Origin: a virus
Taxonomy: Duplodnaviria; Heunggongvirae; Uroviricota; Caudoviricetes
Strand: one strand, 5' to 3'
Length of the DNA: 2,649 nucleotides
Virus record (IMG/VR): IMGVR_UViG_2695420687_000018
Numbering within the stretch: the first letter of the stretch is position 1; the number at the start of each line of letters is the position of its first letter. Of the stretch, positions 1 to 2,649 are shown piece by piece. The translations under genes were made by a program, and so were the position numbers. Under the pieces are notes generated by a model that had not been told where the DNA came from, made no database searches, and saw only the letters and a program-made list of their open reading frames with translations.

Positions 1-216
1 GTGCTTGCCGGTGGTGAACCCATCACCCCACGTCTGTTTATCGGGCGCATGTTGCTCGGTGGTTTTGTCTCGATGGTTGCCGGTGTTGTTCTGGTGCAGT
101 TTCCTGACCTGTCACTGCCTGCGGTGTGCGGCATCGGCTCCATGCTGGGTATCGCCGGTTATCAGGTGATTGAGATTGCCATTCAGCGCCGCTTTAAGGG
201 CAGGGGGAAACAGTAA
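1..216 (+). CDS. Y: Holin (P2 gpY-like), C-terminal portion only; the true start lies upstream of the window and the GTG at position 1 is a window-edge artefact
   Basis: Open frame from the window edge to TAA at 214-216. Translation has hydrophobic membrane-spanning stretches (FIGRMLLGGFVSMVAGVVLV, AVCGIGSMLGIAGY) followed by a highly basic C-terminal tail (RRFKGRGKQ), typical of holins. It sits immediately upstream of, and overlaps by 1 nt (TAATG), an endolysin gene, as in the P2 lysis cassette. Confidence 0.8.
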   Translation: MLAGGEPITPRLFIGRMLLGGFVSMVAGVVLVQFPDLSLPAVCGIGSMLGIAGYQVIEIAIQRRFKGRGKQ

Positions 217-713
217 TGCCGGTAATTAACACGCATCAGAATATCGCCGCCTTTCTCGACATGCTGGCCGTTTCCGAAGGGACGGCGAATCACCCGCTGA
301 CGAAAAACCGGGGTTATGACGTGATAGTCACCGGAGTGGACGGAAAGCCGGAAATTTTCACCGACTACAGTGACCACCCGTTCGCGCATGGCCGACCGGC
401 GAAGGTGTTTAACCGTCGCGGTGAAAAATCCACGGCCTCCGGTCGCTATCAGCAGCTTTACCTGTTCTGGCCGCACTACCGCAAACAGCTTGCCCTGCCG
501 GATTTCAGTCCGTTGTCACAGGACAGACTCGCCATTCAGTTGATCCGCGAACGCGGTGCGCTGGACGACATCCGGGCGGGACGCATTGAGCGCGCCATTT
601 CACGCTGTCGCAATATCTGGGCGTCCCTGCCGGGTGCCGGTTACGGTCAGCGTGAGCATTCACTGGAAAAACTGGTCACCGTCTGGCGTACCGCTGGCGG
701 CGTACCGGCTTAA
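216..713 (+). CDS. K: Endolysin, lambda R-like lytic transglycosylase / lysozyme family (P2 gpK-like), 165 aa
   Basis: ATG at 216 preceded by a G-rich Shine-Dalgarno (AGGGGGA, 202-208; 8-nt spacer); stop TAA 711-713. The N-terminal FLDMLAVSEGT motif (putative catalytic Glu) and the C-terminal NIWASLPGAGYGQ(R)EH motif are recognisable as lambda R / P2 K family. No N-terminal hydrophobic signal-arrest-release segment, so it is expected to depend on the holin. Confidence 0.93.
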   Translation: MPVINTHQNIAAFLDMLAVSEGTANHPLTKNRGYDVIVTGVDGKPEIFTDYSDHPFAHGRPAKVFNRRGEKSTASGRYQQLYLFWPHYRKQLALPDFSPLSQDRLAIQLIRERGALDDIRAGRIERAISRCRNIWASLPGAGYGQREHSLEKLVTVWRTAGGVPA

Positions 714-727
714 ACGGAGTAAACACC

Positions 728-1153
728 ATGAAGAAATTATCCCTTTCACTGATGCTGAATGTGTCGCTGGCGCTGATGCTGGCACTGTCCCTGATTTACC
801 CGCAGAGCGTGGCCGTCAGTTTTGTCGCCACCTGGGAGATTCTGGCGACGGTTATCTGTGTGGTTGCCGGTGGTGTCGGCGTGTATGTCACTGAGTATGT
901 GCTGGAACGCTACGGGCGGGAGCTGCCGCCGGAATCGCAGGCCGTGAAGATTGTCACGTCGCTGTTTTTGCAGCCGGTGACGTGGTGCAGACGGGCGGTG
1001 GGTCTGGTGGTGATGGTGGCGACGTTTATCTCGCTGGTCGCTGCCGGGTGGATTTTTACTGCGCTGATTTACCTCGTGGCGTCGCTGTTCTTCCGGCTGA
1101 TACGTACGGCCTGCCGTCAGCGTTTTGAGGGGCGGGAACCATGTCAAAACTGA
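728..1153 (+). CDS. lysA: LysA-like accessory lysis protein, predicted multi-pass inner-membrane protein (about 4 hydrophobic segments), lysis-timing function, 141 aa
   Basis: ATG at 728 with GGAG at 716-719 (8-nt spacer); stop TGA 1151-1153. Translation is dominated by four hydrophobic stretches separated by short charged loops. Its position between endolysin and spanin genes and its 141-aa length match P2 lysA. Confidence 0.88.
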   Translation: MKKLSLSLMLNVSLALMLALSLIYPQSVAVSFVATWEILATVICVVAGGVGVYVTEYVLERYGRELPPESQAVKIVTSLFLQPVTWCRRAVGLVVMVATFISLVAAGWIFTALIYLVASLFFRLIRTACRQRFEGREPCQN

Positions 1154-1566
1154 TGATTGTGCTGGTTGTGTTGTTATCACTGGCGGTGGCGGGGCTGTTT
1201 CTGGCGAAGCATGAAAACGCCAGCCTGCGCGCCTCGCTGGACAGGGTGAACAACGTCGCCAGTGAACAGCAGGTGACCATCACCATGCTGAAAAATCAGC
1301 TTCATGTTGCCCTCACCAGAGCAGACAAAAACGAGCTGGCGCAGGTGGCACTGCGTCAGGAACTGGAGAACGCCGCGAAGCGTGAAGCACAGCGCGAGAA
1401 AACCATCACGAGGTTACTTAATGAAAACGAAGATTTTCGCCGCTGGTACGGTGCTGACCTGCCTGATGCTGTGCGCCGGTTGCACCAGCGCCCGGCCTGC
1501 ACCGACGCCAGTGATTGTCGCCAACGCCTGCCCGAAAGTGAGTCTTTGCCCGATGCCGGGCAGTGA
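1141..1566 (+). CDS. lysB: Inner-membrane spanin subunit (i-spanin, Rz-like; P2 LysB-like), 141 aa
   Basis: ATG at 1141 with GAGGGG at 1127-1132 (8-nt spacer); overlaps the lysA stop by 13 nt; stop TGA 1564-1566. N-terminal signal-anchor (MSKLMIVLVVLLSLAVAGLFLA) followed by a charged, helix-prone periplasmic region (EQQVTITMLKNQLHVALTRADKNELAQVALRQELENAAKREAQREKTI) and two Cys near the C-terminus: Rz-like architecture. Confidence 0.9.
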   Translation: MSKLMIVLVVLLSLAVAGLFLAKHENASLRASLDRVNNVASEQQVTITMLKNQLHVALTRADKNELAQVALRQELENAAKREAQREKTITRLLNENEDFRRWYGADLPDAVRRLHQRPACTDASDCRQRLPESESLPDAGQ

Positions 1567-1711
1567 CCCGGAGACGAACGGTGATTTAAGTGCCGATATC
1601 CGGCAGCTTGAGAACGCGCTGGCACGCTGTGCCAGCCAGGTAAAAATGATTAAACACTGTCAGGACGAAAACGATGCTCAAACCCGACAGCCTGCGCAGG
1701 GCGCTGACTGA
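1421..1711 (+). CDS. lysC: Outer-membrane lipoprotein spanin subunit (o-spanin, Rz1-like; P2 LysC-like), 96 aa, encoded in the +1 frame overlapping the 3' part of lysB and the 5' part of R
   Basis: Internal ATG at 1421 preceded by AGGT at 1411-1414 (6-nt spacer). The product starts MKTKIFAAGTVLTCLMLCAGC, a lipoprotein-type signal peptide with a Cys-containing lipobox-like end, followed by a Pro-rich periplasmic segment (TSARPAPTPVIVANACPKVSLCPMPGSDPE). Stop TGA 1709-1711. The longer six-frame ORF from 1304 is taken to be an artefactual 5' extension. Confidence 0.85.
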   Translation: MKTKIFAAGTVLTCLMLCAGCTSARPAPTPVIVANACPKVSLCPMPGSDPETNGDLSADIRQLENALARCASQVKMIKHCQDENDAQTRQPAQGAD

Positions 1712-2141
1712 TGCCGTCACGGTGCTGAAAACTAACCCCGATATGCTGCGGATATTCGTGGATAACGGGAGTATTGCCTCCACACTGGCGACGTCGCTGT
1801 CATTCGAAAAGCGTTACACGCTCAATGTCATTGTGACCGACTTTACCGGTGATTTTGACCTGCTCATCGTGCCGGTGCTGGCGTGGCTGCGGGAAAATCA
1901 GCCCGACATCATGACCACCGACGAAGGCCAGAAAAAGGGCTTCACGTTTTATGCAGACATCAACAATGACAGCAGCTTTGATATCAGCATCAGCCTGATG
2001 CTGACCGAGCGCACGCTGGTCAGTGAGGTGGAAGGCGCGCTGCATGTGAAGAATATCCCGGAACCCACGCCGCCGGAGCCGGTCACCCGCCCGATGGAGC
2101 TTTATATCAATGGAGAACTGGTGAGCAAGTGGGATGAATGA
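1674..2141 (+). CDS. R: Tail completion protein R (P2 gpR-like), 155 aa
   Basis: ATG at 1674 with AGGA at 1662-1665 (8-nt spacer); stop TGA 2139-2141. Length and sequence (MLKPDSLRRALTDAVTVLKTNPDMLRIFVDNGS...) are recognisable as P2 gpR; the position after the lysis genes matches P2 gene order. Confidence 0.9.
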   Translation: MLKPDSLRRALTDAVTVLKTNPDMLRIFVDNGSIASTLATSLSFEKRYTLNVIVTDFTGDFDLLIVPVLAWLRENQPDIMTTDEGQKKGFTFYADINNDSSFDISISLMLTERTLVSEVEGALHVKNIPEPTPPEPVTRPMELYINGELVSKWDE

Positions 2142-2586
2142 GTTTAAGCGTTTTGAAGACCGGCTGACCGGACTGACTGAATCGCTGTCACCGTCAGGGC
2201 GTCGGCGACTGAGTGCCGAACTGGCAAAACGTCTGCGACAGAGTCAGCAGCGTCGGGTGATGGCACAGAAAGCCCCGGACGGCACACCCTACGCGCCACG
2301 CCAGCAGCAGAGCGCCAGAAAAAAGACTGGTCGTGTTAAGCGAAAAATGTTTGCGAAACTTATTACCAGTCGTTTTTTGCATATCCGCGCCAGCCCGGAA
2401 CAGGCATCAATGGAATTTTACGGCGGGAAGTCGCCGAAAATCGCCAGTGTGCATCAGTTCGGTCTGTCGGAAGAAACCCGGAAAGACGGTAAGAAAATTG
2501 ATTATCCGGCGCGTCCTCTGCTCGGCTTTACCGGTGAGGATGTGCAGATGATTGAAGAGATTATTCTGGCTCACCTGAATCGCTAA
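2134..2586 (+). CDS. S: Tail completion / virion morphogenesis protein S (P2 gpS-like), 150 aa
   Basis: ATG at 2134 overlaps the R stop (ATGAATGA); GGTGAG at 2120-2125 is a possible SD. Stop TAA 2584-2586. The sequence (MNEFKRFEDRLTGL...KRKMFAKLITSRFLHIRASPEQ...) is recognisable as P2 gpS. Confidence 0.9.
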   Translation: MNEFKRFEDRLTGLTESLSPSGRRRLSAELAKRLRQSQQRRVMAQKAPDGTPYAPRQQQSARKKTGRVKRKMFAKLITSRFLHIRASPEQASMEFYGGKSPKIASVHQFGLSEETRKDGKKIDYPARPLLGFTGEDVQMIEEIILAHLNR

Positions 2587-2622
2587 ATTTCCTTGTCAGC
2601 GAAAAAAATTGCGGATAAGGTG

Positions 2623-2649
2623 ATGAACACATCAGATTTCCTGGTGTAA
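2623..2649 (+). other. 8-codon ORF (MNTSDFLV-stop) with an upstream SD-like GGATAAGGTG, at the position where baseplate gene V would be expected; identity unresolved
   Basis: ATG 2623-2625 is followed in frame by AAC ACA TCA GAT TTC CTG GTG and TAA at 2647-2649, which is the window edge. GGATAAGGTG at 2613-2622 looks like a ribosome-binding site. In P2-like genomes the next gene after S is V, but this frame terminates after 8 codons. Confidence 0.25.

Noticed and set aside
1-3. GTG at position 1 as the holin start codon
   Set aside because: It is simply the first in-frame codon at the window edge. The frame is open to the boundary and a holin needs additional N-terminal sequence, so the real start is upstream.
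183-476. 97-aa minus-strand ORF antisense to the Y/K junction
   Set aside because: Lies entirely within the well-supported K coding region on the opposite strand; no SD; Arg-rich composition typical of antisense frames in GC-rich coding DNA.
556-894. 112-aa plus-strand ORF spanning the K 3' end and lysA 5' end in an alternative frame
   Set aside because: Crosses two confidently called genes out of frame; no convincing RBS; Cys/Arg/Trp-rich low-complexity translation typical of an off-frame read.
746-1180. 144-aa minus-strand ORF antisense to lysA
   Set aside because: His/Arg/Gln-rich translation (RRHHHHQTHR...) is the signature of the reverse complement of a hydrophobic membrane-protein gene; no start context.
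1056-1286. 76-aa minus-strand ORF antisense to the lysA/lysB junction
   Set aside because: Overlaps two supported genes on the opposite strand; no RBS; nothing recognisable.
1304-1420. 5' extension of the lysC frame back to an ATG at 1304 (135-aa ORF in the six-frame track)
   Set aside because: The lipoprotein signal peptide must be N-terminal to function, and a proper SD (AGGT) precedes the ATG at 1421. The extension would bury the signal peptide and has no SD, so the true start is taken as 1421.
1356-1625. 89-aa minus-strand ORF antisense to lysB/lysC
   Set aside because: Antisense to a region already encoding two proteins in two forward frames; Arg/Ser-rich composition; no RBS.
1586-1783. 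65-aa minus-strand ORF antisense to the lysC/R overlap
   Set aside because: Antisense to supported genes; short; no start context.
1800-2045. 81-aa minus-strand ORF antisense to R
   Set aside because: Entirely inside R on the opposite strand; no RBS; no recognisable motif.
2194-2382. 62-aa minus-strand ORF antisense to S
   Set aside because: Entirely inside S on the opposite strand; no RBS.
2333-2551. 72-aa plus-strand ORF inside S in an alternative frame
   Set aside because: Out-of-frame overlap with a confidently called gene; Cys/Arg-rich translation; no SD.
2600-2610. A7 tract (GCGAAAAAAATTGCGG) after S as a rho-independent terminator
   Set aside because: No GC-rich stem-loop precedes it and the run is A rather than T on the coding strand. 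More likely AT-rich spacer or promoter-proximal sequence.

Overview
The whole window is one tightly packed, plus-strand block of a P2-like (Peduovirus-type) phage or prophage late operon of enterobacterial origin. In order it holds the 3' end of the holin gene Y, endolysin K, the multi-pass membrane protein LysA, the two-component spanin pair LysB/LysC (lysC starts in the +1 frame inside lysB and runs into R), and the tail completion genes R and S. The last 27 nt form a Shine-Dalgarno-led 8-codon ORF where the baseplate gene V would be expected. Protein lengths (K 165, LysA 141, LysB 141, LysC 96, R 155, S 150 aa) and the sequences I recognise match the classical P2 arrangement, and gene junctions use overlapping stop/start codons. 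I find no RNA genes, CRISPR arrays, mobile elements or sizeable repeats, and no convincing evidence of a novel or undescribed system inside this window. The only feature not explained by the canonical layout is the prematurely terminating ORF at the 3' edge. All homology statements are from memory of the P2 and lambda protein families, not from a database search.
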